In this document: in pieces, positions 1 to 12,639 of the stretch
Layout of the letters: the number at the start of each line of letters is the position of its first letter
Position numbering within the stretch: position 1 is the stretch's first letter
NCBI GenBank assembly: GCA_030390025.1
Contig: CM059433.1
Span: 13,518,001 to 13,582,000 of the forward strand
Origin: Squalus acanthias
Lineage: Eukaryota
Length of the DNA: 64,000 nt
Direction of reading: 5' to 3'
Made by a program: the position numbers and the translations under genes
Notes under the pieces: generated by a model
What the model saw: only the letters and a program-made list of their open reading frames with translations
The model's database searches: none
What the model was told of the DNA's origin: nothing

Positions 1-19
1 CCTCGTACTTGATTTCCCC

Positions 20-185
20 TTGAGTGGAAGTGGTTTCCCCATATCTACCCTATCGAATCCCTTTAACGTTTTAAATACTTAGACCAGATCATCCCTCAAT
101 CTCCTGAACTCAAGGGAATACAAGACAAGTTTATGCAGCCTGTCCTCATAATTTAACCCTCTAAGTCCCCAGTATCATTCTGTCC
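20..185 (-). mobile_element. Degenerate CR1 LINE 3' ORF2 fragment
   Basis: Resembles the reverse-strand CR1 at about 5130-5260 (tctaccctatcgaatcc...aatctcctgaactc). Confidence 0.55.
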
Positions 186-689
186 TCCCCAACAGCCTTG
201 AAGGTCTTGGCTGCAAAATATGGCATGGCTTTGTCCCTGGTGCATATATCTGAAGGCCTGATTTAATGAGGGATTCTGGATCACAAGTAGGCCAGGCTCA
301 AGTTCCTTTGCCTCTCTGGCAGTAAACATTGAAAAGCTGGATCAGTGGACCCTTTCACCAGGAGAGCAAGAGCACAACCAGCATAGAGTGTGGAATTGGG
401 AGAGCTGGCCCTGGGATTATATTTCTCTGGGCTGCAATTCAGCCCTTTTCTGCTTTTAGTGAACTAAAGTGCTTTTGACAATTTCATACTTTAGCCTCAT
501 TAAGGTCCCAGCCTCGATGCCAAAGTAATGTAAAGAAAATCGGAGGGATATCGTTACTGTTGTGTGCTCTGACCCACCTAATTTTCCAATATTTGCTACG
601 CCCGGGATCACTGAATCACCTGGGCACAGACACAGAAAAATATCCCCTGTCTAGTTTACTTTGGGAAAGATGTAAAAGTCATGAAGAGG

Positions 690-1410
690 ATAGAGAACAG
701 ATACCAGAGATGAGAGGCTTCAGTTATGTGGAGGAACTAGAGACAGCGGAGCTCTAGAGAGCAGAGAAGGTTAGGAGGAAATCTGAAATAAGTGTTCAAA
801 ATTATGAAGGGCTTTGATAAAAGGTCAATCAGGAAAAAACTATTTCCACTGGTTGGTGAGTTAGTAACCAGAAGACATAGGGCTGGATTTTCATTGACCC
901 GTGGAGGCGGGTTTGGAGGCGTGTGGGGGGTTAAAATTGCGAAAACTGGCGGGCAGGCACAAGTCTGCCTCCATCCCGCCTCCACGCAATTTTCATTAAA
1001 TCGTGTCTGCTGGTCCCGACTCCGTCCCGACTCCGTCCCGCCTCTAAGAGGCGGGATAGGCTGTTAAGGCCCTTAACAAGCACTAAATTGCCTCTACAAT
1101 GCCATTTTGAAAGGCCTTTGTGATTTTAACCCTTTTTTTACGTGAAGCACGCCTGTTCTGAACCACGAATGTGAAACCTGGTGGGAGCACATTTGGCTGG
1201 CTGAAAACACTAATTGGGTCATGGGTTCCCACATGCTGGAACTCAATTGCCCAATTAGGTGAAAATTGCATCAATCTCCCACATCCAATTGCAGTCGGGT
1301 GGATAACACGAAAAGTGGATGACACGACCCCAACCCGCCCCAGTATCAAAATCCAGCCCATAAAGTTCAGAGAACAAAGGGAAATATTAGGAGAAATTTT
1401 TTTTGTTACC
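690..1410 (+). mobile_element. Old CR1 LINE 3' ORF2 fragment, interrupted by a Harbinger MITE
   Basis: Translates to MRGFSYVEEL.. and FKIMKGFD..KKLFPLVGELVTRRH (CR1 C-terminal region); resumes after 1359. Confidence 0.7.
880..1359. mobile_element. Non-autonomous PIF/Harbinger MITE (family H1, 480 bp)
   Basis: TIRs GGGCTGGATTTT...AAAATCCAGCCC, 3-bp TSD ATA, highly similar to 38366-39015. Confidence 0.88.
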
Positions 1411-1416
1411 GAGTGT

Positions 1417-2119
1417 GTCAGCCAATGGCTCAATGGGTAGCACTCTCACCTCTGCGTCAGAAGGTTGTGGGTTCAAGTCCCATTTCAGAGACTTGAGCAC
1501 CAAAATCTAGGCTGACACTCCCAGTGCAGTGCTGAGGGAGTGCTGCACTGTCAGAGGTGCCGTCTTTCGGATGAGACGTTAAAACTGAGGTACCGTCTGC
1601 TCCCTCAGGTGGACGTAAAAGATCTCATGGCCACTATTTTGAAGAAGAGTGGGGGAGTTCTCCCTGGTATCCTGGCCAATATTTATCCCTCAATCAACAT
1701 CACTAAAACAGATTATCTGGTCATTGTCACTGACGTAAGAAAACTACTAGGCACTTGGTCTAAGCGTTAAACAAAGCTTTAATCAACTGTTTTTCAACAT
1801 GGAGATCTAGTTGTGTCCTTCACTAGTTCCTGTTAAAGAATGTCCTGAGCAAGCTGGGCCCATGCCCGAGTATTTATACTCTCCCTGGACAGCGCCACCA
1901 GCAGGCCGCCCAGTATTATTTCATAAGTCATTTCCACATGAATGACAAGATTCGTGTCAGTCACATTGCTGTTTGTGGGAGCTTGCTGTGTGCAAATTGG
2001 CTGCCGCGTTTCCCATATTACAACAGTGATTCCACTTCAACAATAGTACTTCATTGGCTGTAAAGCGCTTTGGGACATCCGGTGGTTGTGAAAGGCGCTA
2101 TATAAATGCAAGTCTTTTT
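1417..2119 (+). mobile_element. tRNA-derived Deu-domain SINE (SacSINE1-like), interrupted by a solo LTR
   Basis: Pol III A box (tggctcaatgg, about 1426) and B box (ggttcaagtcc, about 1470); central domain and tail aaaggcgctatataaatgcaagtc shared with copies near 14970 and 31726. Confidence 0.85.
1731..1959 (-). mobile_element. Solo LTR, 229-bp family copy 1
   Basis: TGAC...GTCA termini, 5-bp TSD GTCAC, reverse complement of 24275-24503 and 26968-27196. Confidence 0.9.
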
Positions 2120-2124
2120 GTCTT

Positions 2125-2425
2125 TTCAGTGTGTTATTAGGGCATATGCTCTATCAGAAACAGTGGCGGAAGCAGATTCCATAATAACTTTGAAAGAGGA
2201 AGTGGATAAATATCTGAAGAAAGGGGAATTGGCAGAGGAGTGGGATTATGTGGTTAACTTTTTCAGAAAGCCAACACAGCGGCAATGGGCTAAATGTCCT
2301 CCTTCTGTGTTTTTCCTCCATTACAACAGTGACTACACTTCAAAAAAGTACTTTATTGGCTGTAAAGCGCTTTGGGACATCTGGTGGTCGTGAATGATGC
2401 TCGATAAATGCAAGTCTTTCTTTTT
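2125..2425 (+). mobile_element. Old CR1 3' fragment followed by a SINE 3' tail fragment
   Basis: ETVAEADSIITLKEEVDKYL (CR1 C-terminus), then a SINE tail like 2015-2119. Confidence 0.6.
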
Positions 2426-4694
2426 CTTTTTTCTGTCAAACAAGGTGGTTCCTGTGCTGGCAGCTCCCTAGGGAGCTCCTTCGCTGTGCAACTCCATCCT
2501 TGGCCATCCATTGCCGTCCTTTCACCCACAATCTCCTCTCTTGCACTGTTTAAGTTCCCCTGGCTCTAAGAGTGGTTGCATTTTAGCCCAAATTCAAGCT
2601 GGAAGTTTAAAGTTACCTGTGCCCACATCCCACGGCCAGGCCTGTTCTTTGTTTTCATCAGTGAGCCTTGGAACTTTGCTGAAACTTGCTGGACTTCTTT
2701 GCCATCAAGACTACGCTACTCCACTGGAATACACTCGACTACACTGTAAGACTCAACTGCTGTGACTCTGATCTGCTATTCAGTTGCTTAAGTTTCACAG
2801 TAACTTTGTCTAGTTTACAGCCCACCCGCCATCGCTGCTGTTACCTGCTAAGCTTATGACTGTCCTCCTGGTCCTTCTGGTTTTTCAACTTTATTTTGCT
2901 ACTGTGTGGGTCCTGGCCAGAATTTCACTCTCCTGGGCCAAAGTCCATTTCTTCGCTGCTTCTGGATCTTATGGTGACCTCCGATTTCGCCATCATTTTT
3001 CTGCCCCATGATAGATTCTGGTTCCACAGAAATACCTCCAGCAGTGTGCCTCTGATACTGTGCCCTTCAAATAGTTTCTGGACTCACTTGCCCTCAACAT
3101 TTGTCTTTGAACCTGGACATCAGTTTGTTGATGCTCCATACTGGCTCCACTCTATGTACGTCAACTTTATCCCACCATGGGACCTCTGACTTTAACTCTG
3201 GACTCCTTCCTATTGTCTCCTCTCTGTTCTCCGTTTATTACCAGGACATATCTATTCTAGTCTTGCTATGTAACTATGCCTATGTAACTTGGGTTTCCCT
3301 GTGTCTATTCGCGTGCACGTTTTGGCAGACTCGAGCCCATCAGTTCTCTTTCCCCTTTTGTTCTTCTTTTCTCTTTACCCCTCCTAGGCCCCTCTCTCCT
3401 GTCATCATACCTCCTTTCATTTCTCCCCTCTTGGGTACTCTGCCCCTCAAATCTGCACCCCAACCCTTCACCAGTCCTCAACCTTCCTACTCTCCTGCCG
3501 CTGTCCCAGGCTTGACTCCCTCTTGGATAAGCCCACGGCTTCCCCTCTATGCCTCTCTTGGCATCCTCCATGTTGGATAATTCTTTTACCCTTTTAATAC
3601 ATTTGAAAAGCTAGAGACAGTAATATGTCTGATAATTCACTTATTATTGAAAAAACAATAATCTTAAATATCCATACAGAGCAGCACACATCAGACTTAT
3701 GTCTAACACTTATGTGTATAGCATTTAATGAGGAACCTTGAAAATGGCTTCTCCAAGTCTGTTCACACCATAGGGTCTTGAAGGTAGCAAAAGGTTTTCA
3801 TAACTAAGTTATAACATTGCGTCACTTATACAATTTTATTAATGGTCTGCTTCCTGCTGGATGCAACATGCTTTATGATCACCCAATTGTTCGAACAGAT
3901 TGCTGAACAGAGATGAGAGGCCTCATATCTTTGCATACCATACTGTTACTTCCTATCATTGCTTTTCCCGAGCCATAGCTTTGTTGTACAAACCCCTTTG
4001 ATGTAGGCTCTATAGAAAAATATTGCTTTTGATATTGCAGCAATCTCCTTATGCTTACATTACCCGCTGCTGTGATGAAAAGCCTGTGTTTTAAAAGCTT
4101 GAGTGTTTCAATCGTAACTCTTTAAGTTCAATATTGCCCACCTAGCCTATTTAATTAATAATCTATATGTGCCTATCTTTACAGTACAATGTTTTTGGTC
4201 CTTAAATTCATCCTTCTCCAATTCTTATCACATCATTGAGGGGAAAAGACAAAAGTTTTGATAACACGGTTTAAACTAATTTTGTCTACATTACTGTTCT
4301 GTCTTTGTTCTGTATTAGAATAATGTGAAAACATATCTCCTACTGTATCACCGACCTTATCGCCTAGCGTGCCCACTAGGGGCTAATCTTGCCAATCTCC
4401 TTCCCATCCCATTCACCCCTCCCAGTGCTGACCCTGTGGACTTTACCAACAGATCAACTATTACAGCCCCTCTCCGCATCTCCCTCCAGAATGCCTGTTC
4501 ACTTCTGAACAAGGCTCTTGCCATCCATGAGCTTACTGTAGATGATTGCATCGACATCATGACCTTGACAGAAACTTGGCTGACGGGTGATTACATCTTC
4601 TCCCTTATGAAGCCTCCCTGCCTGGCTATACCTTCCACCACTTGCCCCGTCCAGACCGCCGTGGTGGCGGTGTGGACCTTATCACCAAATTACA

Positions 4695-7535
4695 TAAGAA
4701 CATAAGAAATAGAAGCAGGAGTAGGCCAATCGGCTCCTCGAGCCTGCTCCGCCATTCAATAAGATCATGGCTGATCTGATCCTAACCACAAATCTAAAGA
4801 ACACAAGAAGTAGGAGCAGGACCCGGCCACTCAGCCCCTGGGCCCGCTCCGCCACCCACAGGGCCCTGACCGATCCGAACTCAGCCTCATGTCCAATTTC
4901 CTGCCCGCTCACCGTAACCCCTAATTCCCTTTACCTCTAGGAAACTATCTATTTCTGTTTTAAATTTATTTAATGATGTAGCTTCCACAGCTTCCTGGGG
5001 CAGCAAATTCCACAGACCTACGACCCTCTGAGTGAAGAAGTTTCTCCTCATCTCAGTTTTGAAAGAGCAGCCCCTTATTCTAAGATTATGCCCCCTAGTT
5101 CTAGTTTCACCCATCCTTGGGAACATCCTTACCGCATCCACCCGATCAAGCCCCTTCACAATCTTATATGTTTCAATAAGATCGCCTCTCATTCTTCTGA
5201 ACTCCAATGAGTAGAGTCCCAATCTACTCAACCTCTCCTCATATGTCCACCCCCTCATCCCCTTCTTTGTACTGCCTCGAGAGCAAGTATGTCTTTTCTT
5301 AAGTATGGACACCAAAACTGTACGCAGTATTCCAGGTGCGGTCTCACCAATACCTTATATAACTGCATCAATACCTCCCTGTTTCTATAATCTATCCCCC
5401 TAGCAATAAAAGCCAACATTCCGTTGGCCTTCTTGATCACCTGCTGCACCTGCATACTAACTTTTTGATTTTCTTGCACTAGGACCCCCAGATCCCTTTG
5501 TACTGCAGTACTTTCCAGTTTCTCGCCATTAAGATAATAACTTGCTCTCTGATTTTTCCTGCCAAAGTGCATAACCTCACATTTTCCAATATTGTATTGC
5601 ATCTGCCAAATCTCCGCCCACTCACCCAGCCTGTCTATATCCCCTTGTAGGTTTTTTATGTCCTCCTCACTTTCTACTTTCCCTCCCATCTTTGTATCAT
5701 CTGCAAACTTTGATATGTTACACTTGGTCCCCTCCTCCAAATCGTTAATATAGATTGTAAAGAGTTGGGGACCCAGCACCGACCCCTGCGGAACACCACT
5801 GGCTACTGGTTGCCAATCCGAGAATGAACCATTTATCCCAACTCTCTGCTTCCTGTTAGATAACCAATCCTCCACCCATGCCAGAATATTACCCCCAATC
5901 CAGTGATTTTTTATCTTGAGCAATAATCTTTTATGTGGCACCTTGTCGAATGCCTTCTGGAAGTCTAAATACACTACGTCCACTGGTTCCCCTTTATCCA
6001 CGCTGTACGTTATGTCCTCAAAGAACTCAAGCAAATTTGTCAGACATGACTTCCCCTTCATAAAGCCATGCTGACTTTGTCCTATTAAATTATGTTTATC
6101 TAAATGTTCCTTACTGTCTCCTTAATAATAGACTCCAAAATTTTACCCACCATAGATGTTAGGCTAACTGGTCTATAATTTCCAGCCTTCTGCCTACTAC
6201 ACTTTTTAAATAAGGGTGTTACATTAGCAGTTTTCCAATCTGCTGGGACCTTTGCTGAGTCCAGGGAATTTTGGAAAATTATTACCAAAGCATCCACAAT
6301 CCCTACTGCCACTTCCCTCAAGACCCTAGGATGTAAGCCATCAGGTCCAGGGGATTTATCCGCCTTGAGTCCCATTATTTTACTGAGTACCAATTCCTTA
6401 GTGATTTTAATTGTATTTAGCTCCTCCCCCCCTAGAGCCCCCTGTTTGTCCAGTGTTGGGATATTCTTAGTGTCCTCTACCGTAAAGACTGAAACAAAAT
6501 ATTTGTTCAGCATTTTTGCCAACTCCATGTTTCCCACCATTAATTTCCCGGTCTCATCCTCTAAGGGACCAACGTTTGCCTTAGCCACCCTTTTTCTTTT
6601 TGTATAACTATAGAAACTCTTGCTATCTGTTTTTATATTTTTTGCTAATTTATTTTCATAATCTATCTTCCCTTTCTTAATCAATCCTTTAGTTACTTTT
6701 TGCTGTCTTTTGAAGACTTCCCAATCTTCTATCCTCCCACTAAGTTTGGCTACCTTATATGTCCTTGTTTTTAGTCGGATACTATCCTTAATTTCTTTAC
6801 TTAGCCACGGATGGCTGTCATTTCTTTTACACCCTTTTTTCCTCAGTGGAATATATTTCTTTTGAAACTTGTAAAATAACTCCTTGAATGAACACCACTG
6901 CTCATGTACCGTCTTATCCTTTAATCTATTTTCCCAGTCCACTTTAATCAATTCCACACTCATACCATCATAGTCTCCTTTATTCAAGCTCAGTACGCTT
7001 GTTTGAGAACCAACCTTCTCACCCTCTAATTGGATATGGAATTCAACCATGTTATGGTCACTCATTCCAAGGGGATCCTTAACTAGGACATTATTAATTA
7101 ATCCTGACTCATTACACAGGACCAGGTCCAAGGTTGCTTGCCCCCTTGTAGGATCAGTTACATACTGCTCAAGAAACCCATCCCTAATACACTCAATAAA
7201 CTCTTCCTCAAGGCTGCCCTGCCCAATTTGATTTGTCCAGTTAATATGATAGTTAAAATCCCTCATAATTATAGCTGTTCCCTTATTACATGCCCCAACT
7301 ATTTCCTGATTAATACTTCTTCCAGCAGAGTTGCAACTATTAGGAGGCCTATATATTACTCCCACTAGTGTTTTTTTCCCCTTATTATTCCTTATCTCCA
7401 CCCAAACTGTTTCATTATCCTGATCCTTTGACCCAATATCATTTCTCTGTATTACAGTGATTCCTTCCTTTATTAACATAGCCACCCCACCTCCCCTTCC
7501 TTCCTGCCTGTCCTTCCTGATTGTTAAATACCCTG
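4695..7535 (-). mobile_element. 5'-truncated CR1 (HER1-like) LINE, about 2.8 kb
   Basis: TTCTTATG tail repeat at the left end, CR1 stem-loop, ORF2, probable TSD TTACA at 4690-4694 and 7536-7540. Confidence 0.93.
4887..7485 (-). pseudogene. CR1 ORF2 (AP endonuclease + reverse transcriptase), broken into three frames
   Basis: ORFs 6100-7485, 5255-6061 and 4887-5315 carry GVIYRPP, SDHNMVEF, KSPGPDGLHP, NYRPVSLTS, YLDFQKAFDKV, GVPQGSVLGP and SKFADDTK. Confidence 0.92.
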
Positions 7536-8348
7536 TTACACCTCGGTCTGTCCCCCTACTCCTCTGGCACTTTCTCCTCCTTTGAGCATTTCACCTTGTT
7601 CCACCCCACTAGCCTCTCCTTTTAAATTCTCATTCTCTATCGCCCACCCAAGTACCAGGCCATGCTTCACTGAGATATCTTCACTGCTTTCCTCCCTCAG
7701 CCTCTGCACTGAGTGACTTCTCCACTGAGTTCACTGCCCCCCTATTCTCCCTTAATCTCTCCCTCCATAGAAACTCCCCTACTCATATTCACGGCCACCC
7801 ACTCGACCTTGCCATCTCAAGTGGCAGCTCCACTCCCATCACGTCAATCACAGATAAGGCCAGTTCCTTGTATCCCTCTCCACTCATCCCCCTTCCTCCT
7901 CCCAGCCCTACTTCCTTCGGTATCCGCTCCTGGAAAAACTCTCCCCCAAGTCACTTACAATGGCACTTTCAAATTCTCAACTGTCTAGCTGTTCACCACA
8001 ACATTTCTGCAGCAATTGATCTGCTCAATCACGTCCTCAACTCCAACATTGATGCCCTAGTTCCCATTAAAACCATTACGTTCTCACCCGGTCATTCACC
8101 CTGGTATGGTCTCCATCTCCACCCCCTTAAAGTCCAAGGGACATAGACTTGAACGTATGTGGCGAACAACTGGTTTAGCCATTCAGCTCCAGATCTGGTC
8201 GGACCACATAAAGCACTGTCGGGTCCTTCTCTCCTCTGCCAAAACTGCTCACTATTCCAGGATACTGGAATGCAAAGATAACCCCCAGCTTCTCTTCACT
8301 ACAAACCATCTTCTTAAACCCCTCTTCCCTGCCCCCTCTACCCTTACC

Positions 8349-8488
8349 CAATGTTCCCGTTAATGATCTGGAGGTCCCGCGCAGGCCGCTCAATGGCTTG
8401 TAAATGGGAAAAAAAGGCGCGTGCGCGAGAATTTGAATGGGCCATTAAAGGGGCCGCGCACCCACCAAATAAATTAGAAGGAACATTG
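8349..8488. mobile_element. Small hAT-like MITE in the L2
   Basis: TIRs CAATGTTCC...GGAACATTG; degenerate 8-bp flanks cccttacc/tcatcacc. Confidence 0.6.
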
Positions 8489-8552
8489 TCATCACCTCCA
8501 ATAACAAATACCTTGAGCACATGGACTTCTTTGTCACAAAGATTGAGACCAT

Positions 8553-9675
8553 GGGGGGGAATTTTAACCTAAAAAAACAGGTGGGTTGGGGTCAGGTGGG
8601 AAGTTAAAGTGTTAAAAATCTGAATCCCGACCAGAACCCGCCTCCAACCCGCCCACTTCCGGTTTTAACGGAGGCGGGCCAAGGAGCCAGGCAACCAACC
8701 CACTCCCTAGAGGCAGGTCGTCCATTTAAATATTATAATGAGGCTGGAAGCCTCTGCTTTAACCTCCATTTTGAATTTAACTTTAGCTGGTCGGGTTATG
8801 CAGGCCTCGTGAAACACGCCAGCTGATGCAAGGTGAGGACTGCTGGATCCAGGAGGTAAGTGCCTGAACACTTACCTGCTGGATCCAGGGTCCCTGCCTA
8901 ACCCACTCCCCGCGATCAAAGACCCCCCCCACGAGGCCTCTAACGCCCCCCTCGGGCCTCCAATCCCTCCCAAGGCCTCCAATCCCTCCCAAGGCCTCCA
9001 ATCCCTCCTGAGGCCTCCAATCCCCACCCTCCCCAGGCCTCCAATCCCTCCCAAGGCCTCCAATCCCTCCCGAGGCCTCCAATCCCTCCCGAGGCCTCCG
9101 ATCCCCACCCTCCCCAGGCCTCCGATTTCTCTCCCACCCCAGGCCACCGATCCCCCACGAGGCCTCCTTCCTCGCTCCTCCGGCTGCCGATCCTCACTTG
9201 CCCCATCCTGACCCTCGTGCTGGTCCCGGCCCCCGATCATTCTCCGCCCCCGCTTCCCCACCCCCCCGTGCTGGTCCCAGCTCCCAATCCTTCTCCGACC
9301 ACCACCCCCCTATTCTGGTCCCGGTCCCCGATCGTTCTCCGACCACGCCGCACCCACCCCCGTACTGATCCCGGCCCCCGATCTGCACCCGACCCCCCCT
9401 CCCGCTGTTCCTCTGGCTCTCCCCGTGCTCCTCCGGCCTCCCCCCAGGCCCCCACGCTATTCTTCCATTCCTCCTCTCTGCAGGCCTACCTGCCCGGAGC
9501 CAGGCAGCCTCTCAATCTGGCTGCCTGCGGGTGGGAAACAGAGGTTTCCTATGCAAATCAGGCCTTGCCATTAAATTCGGCAGGGCCTGCGGGAAACCCA
9601 ATCTCCCGGGTTTCCTGACCGCTTCGGAGCCCCCCACCCGCTTCCAATCCGCCTTCCCTATTAAAATTCAGCCCC
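8553..9675. mobile_element. Harbinger MITE in the L2
   Basis: Termini GGGGGGGAATTTTAA...TTAAAATTCAGCCCC; L2 sequence resumes after it. Confidence 0.78.
8953..9128. repeat. C-rich minisatellite (about 19-nt unit GGCCTCCAATCCCTCCCAA with 23-nt variants) inside the MITE
   Basis: About 9 visible tandem units. Confidence 0.85.
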
Positions 9676-11154
9676 ATATGTTCAGCTGCCTCTGCCGCTT
9701 CCCTCCCTTCCCCTAGCCCACCAAGCCAAGCTTCCCCTAAAGTTTCTCCCTACCCTAGCCCTGAACTCGCAACTTTCTCTAGTTTCTCTCCTATCTCACC
9801 TCATGCCCTCTTTGAGCTCATCTTGTCCATGAGACCCACCTTGTGCTCCCTCGACTCTATACCCACTAAACTGCTGACCAGCCAACTCCCTTCTCAGGCT
9901 CCCATGTTAGCTGATATTGTTAACGGTCCCCTCTCCTCAGGTATTGTCCCCTTTAAAAAAACATCCTTGACCCTTCTGTCCTTGCAAACTTCCGCACCAC
10001 CTCCAACTTCTCTTTCCTTTACAAAGTCCTTGGATATGTTGTCGCCTCCGAAATCAGTGCCCACCTTTCCCGTAACTCCATGTTTGAACCCCTTCAATCA
10101 GATTTCTGCCTCTGCCACAGCACTGAACCGGCCCTTATCAAAGTCACAAATGACATCCTCTGTGACTGTGACAAAGGTAAACTATCCCTCTCTCAGTCTT
10201 CTCGACCTGTCTGCAGCCTTTGACACGGTAGACAATGCCATCTTCTTCCAATGCCTCTCCTCTGTCGTCCAGCAGCCCTCTCCTCGTTTCATTCTTATCT
10301 ATCCAGTCGTAGTCGAAGAATCATCTGCAATGGCTTCTCTTCCCACTCCCGCATGGTTACCTCTGGTGTCCCCCAAGGATCTATCCTTGGTCCCCTCCTA
10401 TTTCTCATTTACATGCTGCCCCTTGGCGACATCGTTCCAAAACACAGCGTCAGTTTCCACATGTACGCTGACGACACCCAACTCTACCTCACTACCTCTT
10501 CTCTCGACCCCTCCACTGTCTCTAAATTGTCAGATTGCTTGTCCGACATCCGGTACTGGATGAGCAGAAATTTCCTCTAATTAAATATTGGGAAGACTGA
10601 AAAATGGCCGAAATTTTCTGGGGTCCTTGCGGGTGCGATCGGAGGTGGGGCGGGTGGGAAATTTGTAATATCTTGGAGTGGGTCGGAAACCCGCCGTCAT
10701 CCCTCCCCCACGCGCCTTTCCCTCAGGCATATTTTCCGGCGCGGCAGTGACCCGAACGGCAGAGGCAGGCGAGCTAATTTAAATCATTGTCAGGTAGTTA
10801 TCAGACCCTGAAGAGTCTTTTGAACCCTACCTTTCAAATTTCCCTGGATGAACACGGGAATCACGCAGCTCGGGAACCACATCTGTCAACCTGAGGCGGA
10901 AGTTGAATGGCCATTGATCCAGCTGATTAGTGCACAGCATAGAAAGTAAAATAAAAAGTCCCACCTCACAGCTGATCACTTTCCTCAGGCAGAGGCTGTT
11001 GCTGACTGCATTGCCAGCACAGATTTAGCTTTCTACAGGCTGCAAGTGTTTCCAGCAAAGTTGCCATCCAGTCTCACCTCATTGTTAGAACCTATCACAC
11101 CATTGACAGAATACTTCTGTCATCTCTACTTGACCTGCCATCTATTCCATCAGC

Positions 11155-12366
11155 ATGGGTGCCATTTATACTCTCTCACCTTGGTCCTCAGAATTGAAGC
11201 ACGATGAGCCCCAACACCAGCAGCACCAACAACAACACCACCAGCCTTCTTCTCAACCACCTGATGCTGCACAGGACAGAGGGCATCAGCACAGGGCTGC
11301 ACCGCGCCAGAGGTGATACCCCCAACACAGGGTATACAGGCGGAGGATGAGCTTCCTCAACATGACGGAGCAGCAGTGCCAAAGGAGGCTCAGGCTATCG
11401 GGCCAGGTCATCGCAGACATTTGCAGATTGCTGGAACAAGACCTGCAGCCCAGAGGAGCGGGTGGACACGCCTTACCAGTGGCTGTCAAAGACACCAGCG
11501 CCCTCAACCTCTTCGCCTCAGGCTCTTTCCAGGGATCTGCAGCAGACATTTGCGGCATCTCGCAGTCGGCTGCCCACAGATGCATCACACAGGTCACCGA
11601 TGCCCTGTTTGACAAGTCAACCAATTGTATCAACTTTGCCACTGATGAAGCCAGTGTTACTGAGCAGGAGCTCGGCTTTGCCACTCTGGCTGGCTTCCCA
11701 CATCATCGACTGCACACATGTGGCCATCAGGGCACCCCATCATCGCCCAGGAGTGTTTGTCAACTGCAAGGGCTTCCACTCCCTCGGCTGCAACCATCGA
11801 AAGATCATCATGCATGTGTGCGCCAAATTCCCTGGCAGCTGCCATGACTCTTTCATCCTGCACCAGTCCACCCTCCCTCAGCTCTTCGCTCCTCCAAACA
11901 GACTTTCCAGCTGGCTGCTTGGAGACAAGGGCTATCCACTGAAGACGTGGCTCATGACACCCTTGAGGAGACCAAGTACTGAGGCCGAAGACAGATATAA
12001 TGAAAGCCACATTTCCACCAGATGTGTCTTAGAGCAGACAATAGGCATGCTGAAAATGCACTTCAGATGCCTTGACAGATCTGGAGGAGCTCTTCAGTAC
12101 GCACCAGCAGGGTTTCCAGACTCATCATGGTCTGCAGCGCCCTGCACAACATAGCGCAGCAGTGAGGATTAGCGCTGCATGAGGAGCAAGGCACTGAGCG
12201 CACAGCCTCTTCAGAGGAGGAGGAGCAGCAGGAGGAGGAGGAGCATCAGCTGGAAGACGAGGAGGAGGAGGAGCAGGAGGAACCTGTGGTCCAGATCCCA
12301 CCAGCACTAGAGCACATTGCTGCCCAGGAGGCCAGGGATGGGCTCATCATGGCCCGATTTACTTAA
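11155..12366 (+). pseudogene. Harbinger (HARBI1-like) DDE transposase, frameshifted
   Basis: Motifs [55 protein letters not shown] and [19 protein letters not shown] across ORFs 11347-11847 and 11462-12154. Confidence 0.9.
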
Positions 12367-12639
12367 CTTTACGCATTACACCCATATGGCTGCCACATGC
12401 TGAGCCACCCCACAGCAACACCATAAAGCATCCCTACAATGACCAAGCCATTCCTTTCACACTGATCACCATTGCTGGAGGTAACGTTATGTCTCACCAT
12501 TCACTCCAACTCACTAAGCCAGTTCCAAAGGTGCACACAAATTTGTCCATGACCGGAAAGTGGTGAAAATAAAGATTTTCATGTGTGACATCACACTAAT
12601 GGAAACTTTACAGAAACATTGAATAAAACACCCAAGTGG

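Noticed and set aside
1417..1490. tRNA gene
   Set aside because: The A and B boxes belong to a SINE head that continues into the SINE body and tail
2440..3580. ORFs of 84-159 aa in a pyrimidine-rich stretch (possible old DIRS/Ngaro-type element)
   Set aside because: No convincing protein motif recognised; left unassigned
8953..9128. Regularly repeated unit resembling a CRISPR array
   Set aside because: Head-to-tail tandem units with no unique spacers and no cas genes, in a vertebrate context; it is a minisatellite
11155..12366. Host HARBI1 gene
   Set aside because: Frameshifted, enclosed by TIRs and inserted in an L2, so it is a transposon copy
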